From contig JAZKDQ010000008.1 in NCBI GenBank assembly GCA_040387495.1, positions 1 to 64,000 of the forward strand: a stretch of 64,000 nucleotides of DNA, read 5' to 3'. Both the position numbers and the translations under genes were made by a program. The notes under the pieces were generated by a model, which saw nothing but the letters and a program-made list of their open reading frames with translations, was not told the DNA's origin and made no database searches. This DNA is from Pseudomonadota bacterium (GTDB lineage Bacteria > Pseudomonadota > Alphaproteobacteria > Paracaedibacterales > CAIOTO01). This document shows positions 1 through 10,151 of this stretch, piece after piece (within the stretch, counting starts at the first letter, position 1; each line of letters begins with the position of its first letter).

Positions 1-192
1 CTTAAATCCAAAAAACCTTCTATCTCGTTTGATTTTTTAATCCCGAATTGAGGTTCATAAACACAAATAGTTAGAGATGAAATTTTATTTTTAATCTCCC
101 ATAGATTCATCCTTGGTTTTGAAATAACTTGCACAAAATGGTTGAAGGCGTTAAAAATGAACAAAAGCATTTGAAAAAAGGACGACAGTTTA

Positions 193-1593
193 GTGATTTC
201 CCTAAAGCCTATTTTGATTTCAGGACGTGAAGTATTACCTCTTATTGAAGGTGGTAAAGGTATTTCTGTTTCTAATGGACAAAGCTCTGGTGCATGGGCT
301 GCAGCCGGAGGTGTAGGGACTTTTTCAGCTGTTAATGCTGACTCATATGATGAACATGGCAATGTTATACCTATTGTTTATCAAGGTAAAACACGTCGTG
401 AACGTCATGAAGAGCTTATCCAAAATGCTATTAAAGGCGGAATCACACAAGCACGACGTGCCTACGAAACATCGAATGGCAATGGCCGTGTGCATATGAA
501 TGTTTTGTGGGAAATGGGCGCTGTTGAACCTATTTTGCATGGCGTACTGTCACAAACAAAAGGAATTGTTCATGGTGTGACGTGTGGTGCAGGTATGCCA
601 TTTAAGCTTGCAGAAATTTGCGTGTCTTATGGTGTGTATTATTACCCAATCGTTTCATCTGGACGTGCATTTAACATTTTGTGGAAACGTGCCTATAGCC
701 ATTTTGCTGATTTTCTAGGCGGCGTTGTGTATGAAGATCCATGGCTTGCTGGTGGACATAATGGTCTTTCTAATAGTGAAAATCCGTTGAAGCCAGAAGC
801 GCCTTATCAACGTGTTCTTATGTTACGTAAAGTTATGCGCGAATGTGGTCTTAGTGATGCTATTCCGATTGTTATGGCTGGTGGTGTGTGGTGGCTAAAT
901 GAATGGGCAGATTGGTTAAATAACCCAGATTTAGGGGCTATTTCATTTCAATATGGGACTCGTCCTTTGTTAACACAAGAAAGCCCTATCTCAGATGCAT
1001 GGAAGCGTAAGCTTGTAACGTTAAAAGAAGGCGATATTTTCTTGAACCGCTTTAGTCCAACTGGATTTTATTCATCAGCTGTAAATAATGTATTTATGGG
1101 CGAACTTGATAGCAGGTCCAAGCGACAAGTTGCATACAGTAGTAAGCCTGTTGGTGACCACGTGTCACCATTTGCTGTTGGTGCTCGGGGGCGGTTAGTG
1201 TATTTAACACCGCATGATAAAGAAATGGCAGAATTTTGGGTGAGTAGCGGTTTTACCGAAGCGATGCGCACACCTGATACAACGTTGATTTTTGTAACAG
1301 CCGAAGCTGAAAATGAAATTCTAAAAGATCAAATTGACTGTATGGGTTGTTTGTCTGCATGTAAGTTTAGTAACTGGGCGCAAAATGAAGAGGGAACGAC
1401 TGGTAAAAAAGCGGATCCACGATCGTTTTGTATTCAAAAAACACTTCAGGCAATTAGTCATAGTGATCAAGTGGAAAACCAGCTTATGTTTTGTGGGCAT
1501 CAAGGGTATCGTTTTGGGCAAGATCCATTCTATGCAAATGGTTTTGTGCCAACAGTTAAACAATTGCTTGAGCAAATCCAAACTGGGTATTAG
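193..1593 (+). CDS. NAD(P)H-dependent flavin oxidoreductase, nitronate monooxygenase/2-nitropropane dioxygenase family
   Basis: PLIEGGKG, TCGAGMP, AGGHNG, MAGGVW and a C-terminal CMGCLSAC cluster typical of the alphaproteobacterial family; GTG start. Confidence 0.8.
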   Translation: MISLKPILISGREVLPLIEGGKGISVSNGQSSGAWAAAGGVGTFSAVNADSYDEHGNVIPIVYQGKTRRERHEELIQNAIKGGITQARRAYETSNGNGRVHMNVLWEMGAVEPILHGVLSQTKGIVHGVTCGAGMPFKLAEICVSYGVYYYPIVSSGRAFNILWKRAYSHFADFLGGVVYEDPWLAGGHNGLSNSENPLKPEAPYQRVLMLRKVMRECGLSDAIPIVMAGGVWWLNEWADWLNNPDLGAISFQYGTRPLLTQESPISDAWKRKLVTLKEGDIFLNRFSPTGFYSSAVNNVFMGELDSRSKRQVAYSSKPVGDHVSPFAVGARGRLVYLTPHDKEMAEFWVSSGFTEAMRTPDTTLIFVTAEAENEILKDQIDCMGCLSACKFSNWAQNEEGTTGKKADPRSFCIQKTLQAISHSDQVENQLMFCGHQGYRFGQDPFYANGFVPTVKQLLEQIQTGY

Positions 1594-1617
1594 ATAACGT
1601 ATGTAACCTTCTCTAAT

Positions 1618-1673
1618 TTTCCTCCGACTTGATCGATGGATCCATGGCCCCTCTGGTTAAGCCAGAGGGAAAC
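1618..1673. repeat. degenerate REP/RPE-like palindromic element, possibly also a bidirectional terminator
   Basis: TCCTCCGACTTGATCGATGGATCC followed by the perfect hairpin CCCTCTGG-TTAAG-CCAGAGGG (1649-1669) between convergent genes. Confidence 0.55.
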
Positions 1674-1695
1674 TTGGGAGAGAAAAATTAATAGA

Positions 1696-2895
1696 TTATT
1701 CACCTAGTACTTTCTTAATCCGTTCGAGGGCCCAATCAATTTGATCCTTCGTAATCACGAGAGGTGGTGCAAAACGAATGGTCACTTTGTGTGTATCACG
1801 TGCAATTATACCTTCTGCTAGTAACTTCATACAAAGTTCACGCGCTGTACTTTTAGCAGGATCAATATCAACGCCAATCCATAAACCTTGCCCGCGAATA
1901 TCCGTAATGTAAGTTGATTTTATATTTTTCAAACCTGCGATGAAATAAGCCCCAAGTTCGGCACTTTTCTCGATTAGTTTTTCATCAATCAATGTATCGA
2001 GCGCTTCTTTGCCAACGGCTGCTGCAAGTGGGTTGCCACCAAAGGTTGACCCATGACTGCCTGGATTAAATACAGCCATAACTTCGCGGCGTCCAACAAT
2101 CGCTGATACAGGTAAAAAGCCCCCACCGAGCGCTTTGCCTAAAATGACAATGTCAGGTTTCACATCTTCGTGCTCAGATGCTAAGAAACGCCCTGTGCGG
2201 CCTAGCCCGGATTGAATTTCATCAACAATAAGTAATACGTCATTTGAATGACATACTGTCTCAACCGCTTTTAACCATCCTTTTGGTGGCATTAAAACGC
2301 CTGCTTCACCTTGGATAGGTTCAGTTAATACGGCGCACGTGTTTGGTGTGATTGCTGTCTTTAATGCATCAATATCACCGTATGGTACAATCTTAAATCC
2401 TGGTAAGAATGGGCCGAAATCTTTTTTGTAAGCTTCTTCACTTGAAAAACTAATGATTCCCATGGTGCGTCCATGAAAGTTGCCTTCCATGACGATTATT
2501 TCTGCTTGATTAGTTGGAATTCCTTTTACTTGGTATCCCCATCGGCGTGCGGCCTTGATAGCCGTTTCAACGGCTTCTGCACCTGAATTCATCATGAGTG
2601 CTTGATCTTGCCCGGTAAGCTGGCAGAGTGTTTCAAGGAAATCCGACATTTTATCGTGATACATAGCACGTGAACAGACGGCCACCTTTGATGCTTGTTC
2701 AGTCAATGCTTTAAACAATCGCGGATGTCCGTACCCATGACTAATGGCTGAATACGCTGATAGCATATCCATGTAACGATTGCCTTCAACATCCCACAAC
2801 CACACACCTTCACCACGATTAATGACAACAGGAATAGGATCGTAGTTTCGTGCATTAATAGATTTTTCGCGTTCAATAAATGTAGCGTTTGACAT
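1696..2895 (-). CDS. rocD: ornithine--oxo-acid aminotransferase (class III PLP enzyme)
   Basis: NYDPIPVV, SAYSAISHG, NSGAEAVETAIK, NFHGRT, EPIQGEAGV, DEIQSGLGRTG, LGKALGGG, HGSTFGGNPLA. Confidence 0.9.
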   Translation of the reverse strand: MSNATFIEREKSINARNYDPIPVVINRGEGVWLWDVEGNRYMDMLSAYSAISHGYGHPRLFKALTEQASKVAVCSRAMYHDKMSDFLETLCQLTGQDQALMMNSGAEAVETAIKAARRWGYQVKGIPTNQAEIIVMEGNFHGRTMGIISFSSEEAYKKDFGPFLPGFKIVPYGDIDALKTAITPNTCAVLTEPIQGEAGVLMPPKGWLKAVETVCHSNDVLLIVDEIQSGLGRTGRFLASEHEDVKPDIVILGKALGGGFLPVSAIVGRREVMAVFNPGSHGSTFGGNPLAAAVGKEALDTLIDEKLIEKSAELGAYFIAGLKNIKSTYITDIRGQGLWIGVDIDPAKSTARELCMKLLAEGIIARDTHKVTIRFAPPLVITKDQIDWALERIKKVLGE

Positions 2896-2908
2896 AAATT
2901 AGGCTCCT

Positions 2909-3811
2909 TTAATGATTTATTGTGGCGCCGATGGCAGCTTCGATAAAAAGTGTTATCCAATTAAGTGTTTGGTTTCGTATATCTTTGTCTGGATTGAATT
3001 CCATAATTTCAAGTCCTATACAACGATCATCATGTGCTATCTTTGATAGAAATGATAACATATCAGTTGGATTAAGGCCATTGGGCTCTGTTGTGCCAGT
3101 ACCTGGTGCAAAGCTCGGATCAAATGCATCAACGTCAATGCTAACACCATAGTGATGTGTTTTAAGGTTCTTCATAACATTTTGCACGCAATTTCCCAGG
3201 CCTTGTTCTGCACAATCTGTTGAGTAATCAATGTGTACCTTACGCGTGTTGAGAAAATTTTTTTCACCTTCGTCATAACTTCGAATGCCAAATTGATACA
3301 CGTTTTCAGGCTTTAGAATGGATGAGCCATTCTCATGTATTTTAGTCCATTCGTCATAGCCATGACCAAGCAAAGATGCAAGTGGCATCCCGTGAGGTGC
3401 CATGCTTGTCGTTGTTTCAATAGTATTGGCATCCATGTGCGCATCAAACCACAACAGTGAAAAATCCTTATACTTTACTGAGTCATACACACTTGCCCAC
3501 GTTCCCATGGCAAGTGAATGATCACCGCCAATAACAATGGGAAAATACCCATTGTTAATAGCTGTTTGTACCCGCACGTGCAAAATATTCATCGCACGAG
3601 TTATATGGTGGCATCGCAGGTTGTGATCAACAAATGGTTTTGTAGCTGTTTCAGGAAGAGGGGAGTTATTGTGAAAATAGTCAAATGAAGTTTTTATATC
3701 AGAATACTTTTGCTGTATATGATTGATAACCACTTCAGCTCCACGTGCTGTGCGTTGATCCGGTGCACCCCAGCCACTGCCTATACCGATCAGTGCGATT
3801 TGTTTTTTCAT
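2909..3811 (-). CDS. rocF: arginase
   Basis: GGDHS, DAHMDANT, HGMPLA, SIDVDAFDP, APGTGT and EFNP ureohydrolase/arginase motifs; directly upstream of rocD. Confidence 0.88.
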   Translation of the reverse strand: MKKQIALIGIGSGWGAPDQRTARGAEVVINHIQQKYSDIKTSFDYFHNNSPLPETATKPFVDHNLRCHHITRAMNILHVRVQTAINNGYFPIVIGGDHSLAMGTWASVYDSVKYKDFSLLWFDAHMDANTIETTTSMAPHGMPLASLLGHGYDEWTKIHENGSSILKPENVYQFGIRSYDEGEKNFLNTRKVHIDYSTDCAEQGLGNCVQNVMKNLKTHHYGVSIDVDAFDPSFAPGTGTTEPNGLNPTDMLSFLSKIAHDDRCIGLEIMEFNPDKDIRNQTLNWITLFIEAAIGATINH

Positions 3812-3883
3812 TAACAGCCCTTTGTATGCTAAATGTATAACTAGATTAGCATAAATTTTTAAATATACGAGTGAGAAACCCTT

Positions 3884-4897
3884 ATGCGTTTAACAGATGT
3901 TCTTGTCCATAAAAAATGTTTAACGTCACCTCCAATGTGGATGATGCGGCAAGCAGGGCGTTATTTACCTGAATACAAACAAGTCCGCACAAACTATGAT
4001 GATTTTATGCAGTTTTGTTTTTCGCCAGATGATGTGGTTAAGGTAACGCTGCAACCGGTTCAGCGGTTTCCATTGGATGCTGCTATTATATTTAGTGATA
4101 TCTTGGTCATCCCGCATGTGCTTGGGCAACGTGTATGGTTTGAACCAGATCATGGACCGAAGCTGGAGAAGGTTGATTTTAACGAATTATTGGCGCATGC
4201 AGATAAAGTTTCATTCGAACAAGCAATGACGCCAGTCGCTGATGCCATTGCTAAAACACGAGCACAGTTGGACCCGATGAAAGCATTAATTGGGTTTGCA
4301 GGTGCGCCGTGGACGTTGCTGACGTATATGATTAGTAACGGAAAAACCGCAGATTTTAATACAGTACTTGATTTTGCGAATGCCAATGCAGAGTTATTTG
4401 GACGACTACAGACATTGCTTGAGGAAAAAGTAGCAGAACTGTTATGTCTTCATATTTCGGCGGGTGCAAATACAGTTCAAATTTTTGAATCGTGGGCAAT
4501 GGCTGTGCCACCAACGTTACGCGAGAACTATTTATATGCACCTTTACGTCGTATTGTGGGGAAGGTTAGGGCACATTACCCTAATGCTCCTATTATTTAT
4601 TATGCGCGCGGTGTGAGTGCTGATTATATAACTTTGCAAGATTTAGATATTGCGTTTGGTGTGGATGAAACAGCGGATATAGTTGATCTTAGAGCGCAAT
4701 TTCAGGGCACTGTTTTGCAAGGGAACTTATCTCCAATTAAATTATTGAATGGTGATTTTGAGGCAGATCTTGAACGTATTTTAACAGGAATGAATGGCGC
4801 ACCACATGTCTTCAACTTGGGGCATGGTATTAACAAAGATACACCAATAAAGCATGTGGAGCGGATGATTGAGGTTGTTCGAAATTATGTTGGATAA
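3884..4897 (+). CDS. hemE: uroporphyrinogen decarboxylase
   Basis: WMMRQAGRYLPEY, DAAIIFSDIL, IGFAGAPWT, QGNL, FNLGHGI. Confidence 0.95.
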   Translation: MRLTDVLVHKKCLTSPPMWMMRQAGRYLPEYKQVRTNYDDFMQFCFSPDDVVKVTLQPVQRFPLDAAIIFSDILVIPHVLGQRVWFEPDHGPKLEKVDFNELLAHADKVSFEQAMTPVADAIAKTRAQLDPMKALIGFAGAPWTLLTYMISNGKTADFNTVLDFANANAELFGRLQTLLEEKVAELLCLHISAGANTVQIFESWAMAVPPTLRENYLYAPLRRIVGKVRAHYPNAPIIYYARGVSADYITLQDLDIAFGVDETADIVDLRAQFQGTVLQGNLSPIKLLNGDFEADLERILTGMNGAPHVFNLGHGINKDTPIKHVERMIEVVRNYVG

Positions 4898-4907
4898 ACT
4901 CTAAATT

Positions 4908-6746
4908 TCACCGTTCATGGAAATAGTCATATATTTTTTGTGCAACGGCTCGGTTTATCCCTTCAACGCGTTCTAAATCGGTAATGCCAGCTTTTGACAC
5001 ATTTTGGGCTGAACCAAAGTGTAGCAACAGCTTTTTCTTGCGCGCCCCACCAATGCCAGGAATATCATCTAACACTGATTTTATGATGGCTTTTGCACGT
5101 TTTTGACGGTGTGTGCCAATGGCAAAACGGTGCGCTTCGTCACGTAAACGTTGTAGGAAATGTAAAAATGGATCATCAACGGGCAGCTGGAATGTTTCCT
5201 TGCCTGTCATAAAAAATCGTTCACGCCCGGCATTGCGATCAGCACCCTTAGCAATGCCAACAACCGGTACGTCAATAGCTAGTTCTGTTAAAATTGACTG
5301 AACAGCCGAAAGCTGTCCTTGGCCACCATCAATCAACAATAAATCAGGCTTAATCCAATCATCTTTATGTTGAAAACGCCGGTGTAGAAATTCCTTCATC
5401 ATACCAAAATCGTCATCAGGCGCTGCTTCTTTTGGGGTGAACTTGCGGTATGATTTTTTATCAAACCCACTTTGTGTTGCAACAACCATGACACCGCAAG
5501 CATGACTGCCTTGCAGATGACTATTGTCATAGATTTCGATGCGTTCAGGTGCTTTGGGTAAATCAAACAAAGATTGAATGCCTTCGAACATCTTTTTCAA
5601 GTTATCCGAATCAGTAACTTTTCGATCAATTGTATCATTTGCGTTTTGAACGGCATGCTGGATAAGCTCTGCTTTTAGTCCTTGTTTTGGGATTTCTAAG
5701 TTAACTTTGCATTCGTGCAACTTGGCAAGTGCCTCTTGAATCAGTTCATGATCGTCAATATCATGATTCATCAGAACCAAAGGGGCAGGGGGGCGTTCTT
5801 GGTAAAATTGTGTGATGAATGCAGCAAGGCTTACCGATTCTGTTTCATCTTGTGCGTGTGCCAAAAAGAATGATGCTGTGCCAAAGTTTTGTCCATACCG
5901 AAAGAAAAAAACTTGAACACACGTCATGCCATTTTTTTTGACGATGGCCATGACGTCTGCATCACAAATGCCACTGATGTTGATGCGTTGACGCGATTGA
6001 ATGCCACTCATTAGCTTAAGTGTGTCTCGTACCTGTGCAGCTTTTTCAAATTCCATAGCCTCACTAAAGATCGTCATTTTTTCAGACAAGACTTTTTGCA
6101 CAATATCTGTTTTGCCAAGCAAAAAATTCTTAGCCTGTCGCACAGAATCATTGTAGGTAGCATTATCAATTCGTTTTACACATGGTGCAGTACAACGTTT
6201 AATATGGTATTGCAGGCAGGGACGATCACGATTGCTGAAATAAGTATCAGTGCAGTTTCGAATTCTGAAAATTTTTTGCACAACTAAGATTGCTTCATCC
6301 ACAGCAGCCACATTTGCAAAAGGTCCATAGTAATCACCCGCAATGGTGTGTGGTCCACGATGCTTTAAAACGCGTGGATATTCATGATCTTTTGTGATCA
6401 AAATGTAGGGGAACGATTTGTCATCTTTTAGTAGTATATTGTATCGCGGTTGTAGGCGTTTAATAAGGTTCGCCTCCAACAAAAGTGCTTCTATTTCCGT
6501 ATGGGTGGTTACAATCTCCATTGTGATTGTTTCGGAAACCATGCGTTGTAGGCGATTGGGCAGTTTGTCGATATGTGTGTAGGCAACTACACGTTTTTTT
6601 AGATTTTTCGCCTTACCAATATAAAGGATATCACCTTTTTCATTGAGCATACGATAAACACCCGCATCCGAGTTAAGGGTGCGGACAATGTCGCGTATGA
6701 TGCTAACACCGCGTGCAAGGCGATCGATAGGTTGGTCATGTGTCAT
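4908..6746 (-). CDS. uvrC: excinuclease ABC subunit C
   Basis: GIY-YIG domain (GVYRM...YIGKAKNLKKRV), RIEIYDNSH, LIDGGQGQ, RDEAHRFA, C-terminal HhH. Confidence 0.96.
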   Translation of the reverse strand: MTHDQPIDRLARGVSIIRDIVRTLNSDAGVYRMLNEKGDILYIGKAKNLKKRVVAYTHIDKLPNRLQRMVSETITMEIVTTHTEIEALLLEANLIKRLQPRYNILLKDDKSFPYILITKDHEYPRVLKHRGPHTIAGDYYGPFANVAAVDEAILVVQKIFRIRNCTDTYFSNRDRPCLQYHIKRCTAPCVKRIDNATYNDSVRQAKNFLLGKTDIVQKVLSEKMTIFSEAMEFEKAAQVRDTLKLMSGIQSRQRINISGICDADVMAIVKKNGMTCVQVFFFRYGQNFGTASFFLAHAQDETESVSLAAFITQFYQERPPAPLVLMNHDIDDHELIQEALAKLHECKVNLEIPKQGLKAELIQHAVQNANDTIDRKVTDSDNLKKMFEGIQSLFDLPKAPERIEIYDNSHLQGSHACGVMVVATQSGFDKKSYRKFTPKEAAPDDDFGMMKEFLHRRFQHKDDWIKPDLLLIDGGQGQLSAVQSILTELAIDVPVVGIAKGADRNAGRERFFMTGKETFQLPVDDPFLHFLQRLRDEAHRFAIGTHRQKRAKAIIKSVLDDIPGIGGARKKKLLLHFGSAQNVSKAGITDLERVEGINRAVAQKIYDYFHER

Positions 6747-6757
6747 GAAAGTAGAAT

Positions 6758-7288
6758 CTATTTAACTTTAAATGCTGCGACCATCAACGTAATTGCGAGG
6801 AGCACAAAACCCCAAACAAAATCAGGACTAACAGCGGCACTGAGTGCCATTATAACAAAAATTGATAGGCCAGACACAAAGCATAGACGATGCAAGCAAG
6901 TACTAAATGAAAGCGGACATTTTATTCCTGCTAGACACATGGATTTTGAATTTTCGCTTGACTGCACTGGGCCTGATAGGACTGGAAATCCTGCTTCTTT
7001 CCATCCAAGTATACCATCTTTGAGCGAATATAATTCCATCTCTTCAGGAATATCATCAAAAATCTTTTCGCATGCTAACTGGCTTCGTTTGCCTGAACGG
7101 CATTGAAAGACAATCCGGTGCTTGCCTTTTAAATTGAGCTGATCAAACGCAACTGTCGAAAGAGGGACGAGCAGGCCGCCTTTAATTCGTTCATGGTCAA
7201 ATTCATTTGGCTCACGTACGTCGATTAAAATAACATCAGCCTCATTCATCCATTCATTGAGTGTGTGGGGGGTAATTTCTTTGAACAT
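6758..7288 (-). CDS. rhodanese-domain membrane protein (YgaP-like)
   Basis: IDVREPNEF and CRSGKRS active loop, GILGWKEAGFPV, two C-terminal hydrophobic segments; start placed at MFKEIT rather than the longest ORF. Confidence 0.8.
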   Translation of the reverse strand: MFKEITPHTLNEWMNEADVILIDVREPNEFDHERIKGGLLVPLSTVAFDQLNLKGKHRIVFQCRSGKRSQLACEKIFDDIPEEMELYSLKDGILGWKEAGFPVLSGPVQSSENSKSMCLAGIKCPLSFSTCLHRLCFVSGLSIFVIMALSAAVSPDFVWGFVLLAITLMVAAFKVK

Positions 7289-7552
7289 ATGGTTAACCTT
7301 ATTATTTAAGAAAGTTTTTTCAAAATGTGTAAGAGCTATTTTTAGAATAATACTCTTCCATTGTGAAAATATTTTCTGCGGTATTAACGATCTTTGCAAG
7401 CATTTTAGTGAACTTATATACAGTAATATTTTTCTATTTACATTTGTGTTGTAAATAAGGTAAACTCCATAAGTTCGATGAACTCCCTTGTGCAAGATTT
7501 GTTTTTGCACTGTGGCTTGTCGTTATCAAGTTAACAACCGGAAGGAGCAGTT

Positions 7553-7933
7553 ATGCGTTTTTACGAAACCGTGTTTGTAGCACGGCAGGATGTTACGTCA
7601 AATCAAGTAGAAACTTTGGCGCAACATTATACAGCTATTATTAAAGCCCATGGTGGAGAAGTCAGCAAGACCGAGTTTTGCGGTTTGCGTGCACTTGCCT
7701 ATCCTATTAAGAAAAATAAAAAAGGACATTACATTCTTTTGAACATCGCTGTACAAGCTGATGCCATAAAAGAAATGGAACGTCAGATGAATTTGAACGA
7801 GGATGTCCTTCGTTATTTAACAATTCGCGTCGATGAACTCGACAATGCGCCATCAGCATTAATGCAAAGTCGTCACTACCGTGATGATCAGCGTAGCAAT
7901 ACTGATGATATGGAAATAACGGAAGAGATTTAG
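7553..7933 (+). CDS. rpsF: 30S ribosomal protein S6
   Basis: [36 protein letters not shown]. Confidence 0.97.
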   Translation: MRFYETVFVARQDVTSNQVETLAQHYTAIIKAHGGEVSKTEFCGLRALAYPIKKNKKGHYILLNIAVQADAIKEMERQMNLNEDVLRYLTIRVDELDNAPSALMQSRHYRDDQRSNTDDMEITEEI

Positions 7934-7943
7934 GGGAAATACC

Positions 7944-8216
7944 ATGAGTGATCAAATACCAGAAATTACAGAGGGCGGTGCTCGTCCATCCATGAGACGC
8001 CAATTTTTCCGTCGTCGTAAAACATGTCCATTTACGGGCACGAATGCGATGAAAATTGATTACAAAGATGTTCGTGTTTTGAACAAATTTGTATCTGAAC
8101 GTGGAAAAATGGTACCAAGTCGTATCAGTGCTGTATCAGCAACAAACCAACGTGCATTATCGTTAGCAATTAAGCGTGCTCGTTTCTTGGCTCTTGTGCC
8201 ATACGTTAACGGTTAA
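7944..8216 (+). CDS. rpsR: 30S ribosomal protein S18
   Basis: [28 protein letters not shown]. Confidence 0.97.
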   Translation: MSDQIPEITEGGARPSMRRQFFRRRKTCPFTGTNAMKIDYKDVRVLNKFVSERGKMVPSRISAVSATNQRALSLAIKRARFLALVPYVNG

Positions 8217-8233
8217 GTCGAGGAGTTCATTAC

Positions 8234-8734
8234 ATGAAAATTATTTTATTAGAACGTGTTGAGCACCTTGGCCAAATGGGTGAAGTTGTTACTGTAAAGC
8301 CAGGTTATGCACGGAATTTTTTGTTGCCACGGAAAAAAGCATTACGCGCTACGCGTGACAATGTTGCTTTCTTTGAAAAGCAAAAGGCTCAATTAGAAGT
8401 GACAAACTTGAAACTTCGTTCCGAAGCTGAATCTGTTGCCAAAACAATGGAAGGCGTTCAAATCGTTGTTATCCGCCAAGCGAGTGAAGTTGGTCATTTG
8501 TATGGTTCTGTTCGTTCACAAGACGTTTCAGAAGGTTTGACAGCGGCTGGATACACAGTGAATCGTTCGCAAGTTCAGATTATTACGCCGGTAAAGAATC
8601 TTGGCATTCACCAAGTTCGACTCGTCTTGCATCCAGAGGTTTCTTTGTTGATTGGTGTTATTGTTGCACAATCTGAAGAAGAAGCTGCAGTACGTCGTCA
8701 GGCTGCTGCTGATAATGCAGAGGTTGCTGCGTAA
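8234..8734 (+). CDS. rplI: 50S ribosomal protein L9
   Basis: MKIILLE...LG..G..V.VKPGYARNFLLP, LYGSV, LHPEV. Confidence 0.97.
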   Translation: MKIILLERVEHLGQMGEVVTVKPGYARNFLLPRKKALRATRDNVAFFEKQKAQLEVTNLKLRSEAESVAKTMEGVQIVVIRQASEVGHLYGSVRSQDVSEGLTAAGYTVNRSQVQIITPVKNLGIHQVRLVLHPEVSLLIGVIVAQSEEEAAVRRQAAADNAEVAA

Positions 8735-8763
8735 GCTATCTACTATCAAATAAGTATTTATAT

Positions 8764-8800
8764 AAGGGCATTCTCACTTAATTGGAGATTGCCCTTTTTT
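8764..8800 (+). terminator. intrinsic terminator after rplI
   Basis: AAGGGCA...TGCCCTT stem followed by a T run. Confidence 0.75.
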
Positions 8801-8863
8801 GTTTCTACTCTATAATAATGAAAGTTGGAATTTGGTTTATCTGTGCTTTGTAAGGGAACTTAA

Positions 8864-9655
8864 GTGGCCGTAATACTTATAACAGGTGGTGCGAAACGCA
8901 TCGGTAAAGCAATTTCAGAGCAATGCGCTGCAAAGGGGCATAACGTTGCAATTCATTATAATTCTTCAGAAGAAGCGCTAGAGCTTGCTCAAACGTTATC
9001 ACTACATTATCCAAATCAATTAATAAAAGCATTTAAAGCTGACCTTAATAATATGGATGGATTGCCTAAATTAATGTCATCTGTTGTAGAACAATTTGGC
9101 TATTGTGATGTATTAATTAATAATGCTTCGACGTTTGAATATGATACACTCAACTCTGCAACACTTAAGGCTTGGGACTCTCATTTCAATATAAACACTA
9201 AAGCACCTTTGTTTTTAGCTAAAGCGTTTGTAAATGCGTTGCAAAAAGTAAATTCTGGTAAATGCTTGAATGCGCAGCCTTTGCCTGGAAATATAATTAA
9301 TATTATTGATCAACGCGTGTGGAATCTTACATCTCATTTCTTAACATATTCGATTAGTAAAGCTGCCTTATGGGCAATGACACAAATGCTGGCGCTTGAA
9401 CTGGCACCGTTGATTCGTGTGAATGCAATTGGGCCTGGCCCAACTTTGCCAAGCGTGCATCAAACACAAGTGCAATTTGACGATAGTGTTGCTCAGATCC
9501 CATTGAAATCTTCAACGGATTTGCATGACTTTGGAAACACAATTGAATTTCTGCTAAACACTAACAGCATCACAGGTCAAATGATAGCACTTGATGGCGG
9601 ACAGCATATGGGGTGGGGCTTTCCAAATGCTGATGTTCCGCGCTATGCTGGTTAA
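8864..9655 (+). CDS. SDR family oxidoreductase, pteridine/dihydromonapterin reductase (FolM/PTR1-like)
   Basis: ITGGAKRIG, HYNSS, INNAS, IIDQRV, YxxSK, RVNAIGPG; followed by folB. Confidence 0.8.
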   Translation: MAVILITGGAKRIGKAISEQCAAKGHNVAIHYNSSEEALELAQTLSLHYPNQLIKAFKADLNNMDGLPKLMSSVVEQFGYCDVLINNASTFEYDTLNSATLKAWDSHFNINTKAPLFLAKAFVNALQKVNSGKCLNAQPLPGNIINIIDQRVWNLTSHFLTYSISKAALWAMTQMLALELAPLIRVNAIGPGPTLPSVHQTQVQFDDSVAQIPLKSSTDLHDFGNTIEFLLNTNSITGQMIALDGGQHMGWGFPNADVPRYAG

Positions 9656-9686
9656 TGAGAAATTATTGGGAGTATTAAAAATTATT

Positions 9687-10151
9687 ATGCGTAAAGAACC
9701 ACAACTTATTAGATTCGATTTTGAGCCAAGCGTCAATAAGGCTGTAAAAACCTTATCCACGTCACCACAAAATTGGCGTATATTTATTTCTAATTTAAAA
9801 TTAAAGGGACTTATTGGTATCTATCCAATAGAAAAAACTGAGCCACAATCAATTATTGTTAATGTAAGTGCTATGTATCGTGCCACTGTTCCACAAGACA
9901 ACGCTGCTGCTGCTGAACAAGTTGTATGTTATAAGAAAATTGTAAATAGCATAGAACAATTAGTTCGTGATCGTCATATTGTCTTTGTTGAGAATTTAGC
10001 AGAAGAGATAGCCGAGTTATGTCTTGAAGATTCGCGTCTAATAGAAGTAACTGTGCGCGTTGAAAAGCCAGACGCAATAAAAGAAGCAGCAAGCGTTGGC
10101 GTGGAGATTATAAGGCAACGTACAAATGATCTAGTTAAGCTAATGAGTTAG
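9687..10151 (+). CDS. folB: dihydroneopterin aldolase
   Basis: IFISNL...IGIYPIEK..PQ, ENLAEEIA, VRVEKPDAI, SVGVEI; start placed at MRKEPQ. Confidence 0.85.
   Translation: MRKEPQLIRFDFEPSVNKAVKTLSTSPQNWRIFISNLKLKGLIGIYPIEKTEPQSIIVNVSAMYRATVPQDNAAAAEQVVCYKKIVNSIEQLVRDRHIVFVENLAEEIAELCLEDSRLIEVTVRVEKPDAIKEAASVGVEIIRQRTNDLVKLMS

Noticed and set aside
3826..3853. Inverted repeat TATGCTA...TAGCATA between rocF and hemE as an ArgR site
   Set aside because: Poor match to the ARG box, and AT-rich inverted repeats of this length arise by chance
7289..7510. 74-aa N-terminal extension of the rhodanese ORF
   Set aside because: AT-rich open frame across the divergent promoter region; the domain begins at MFKEIT
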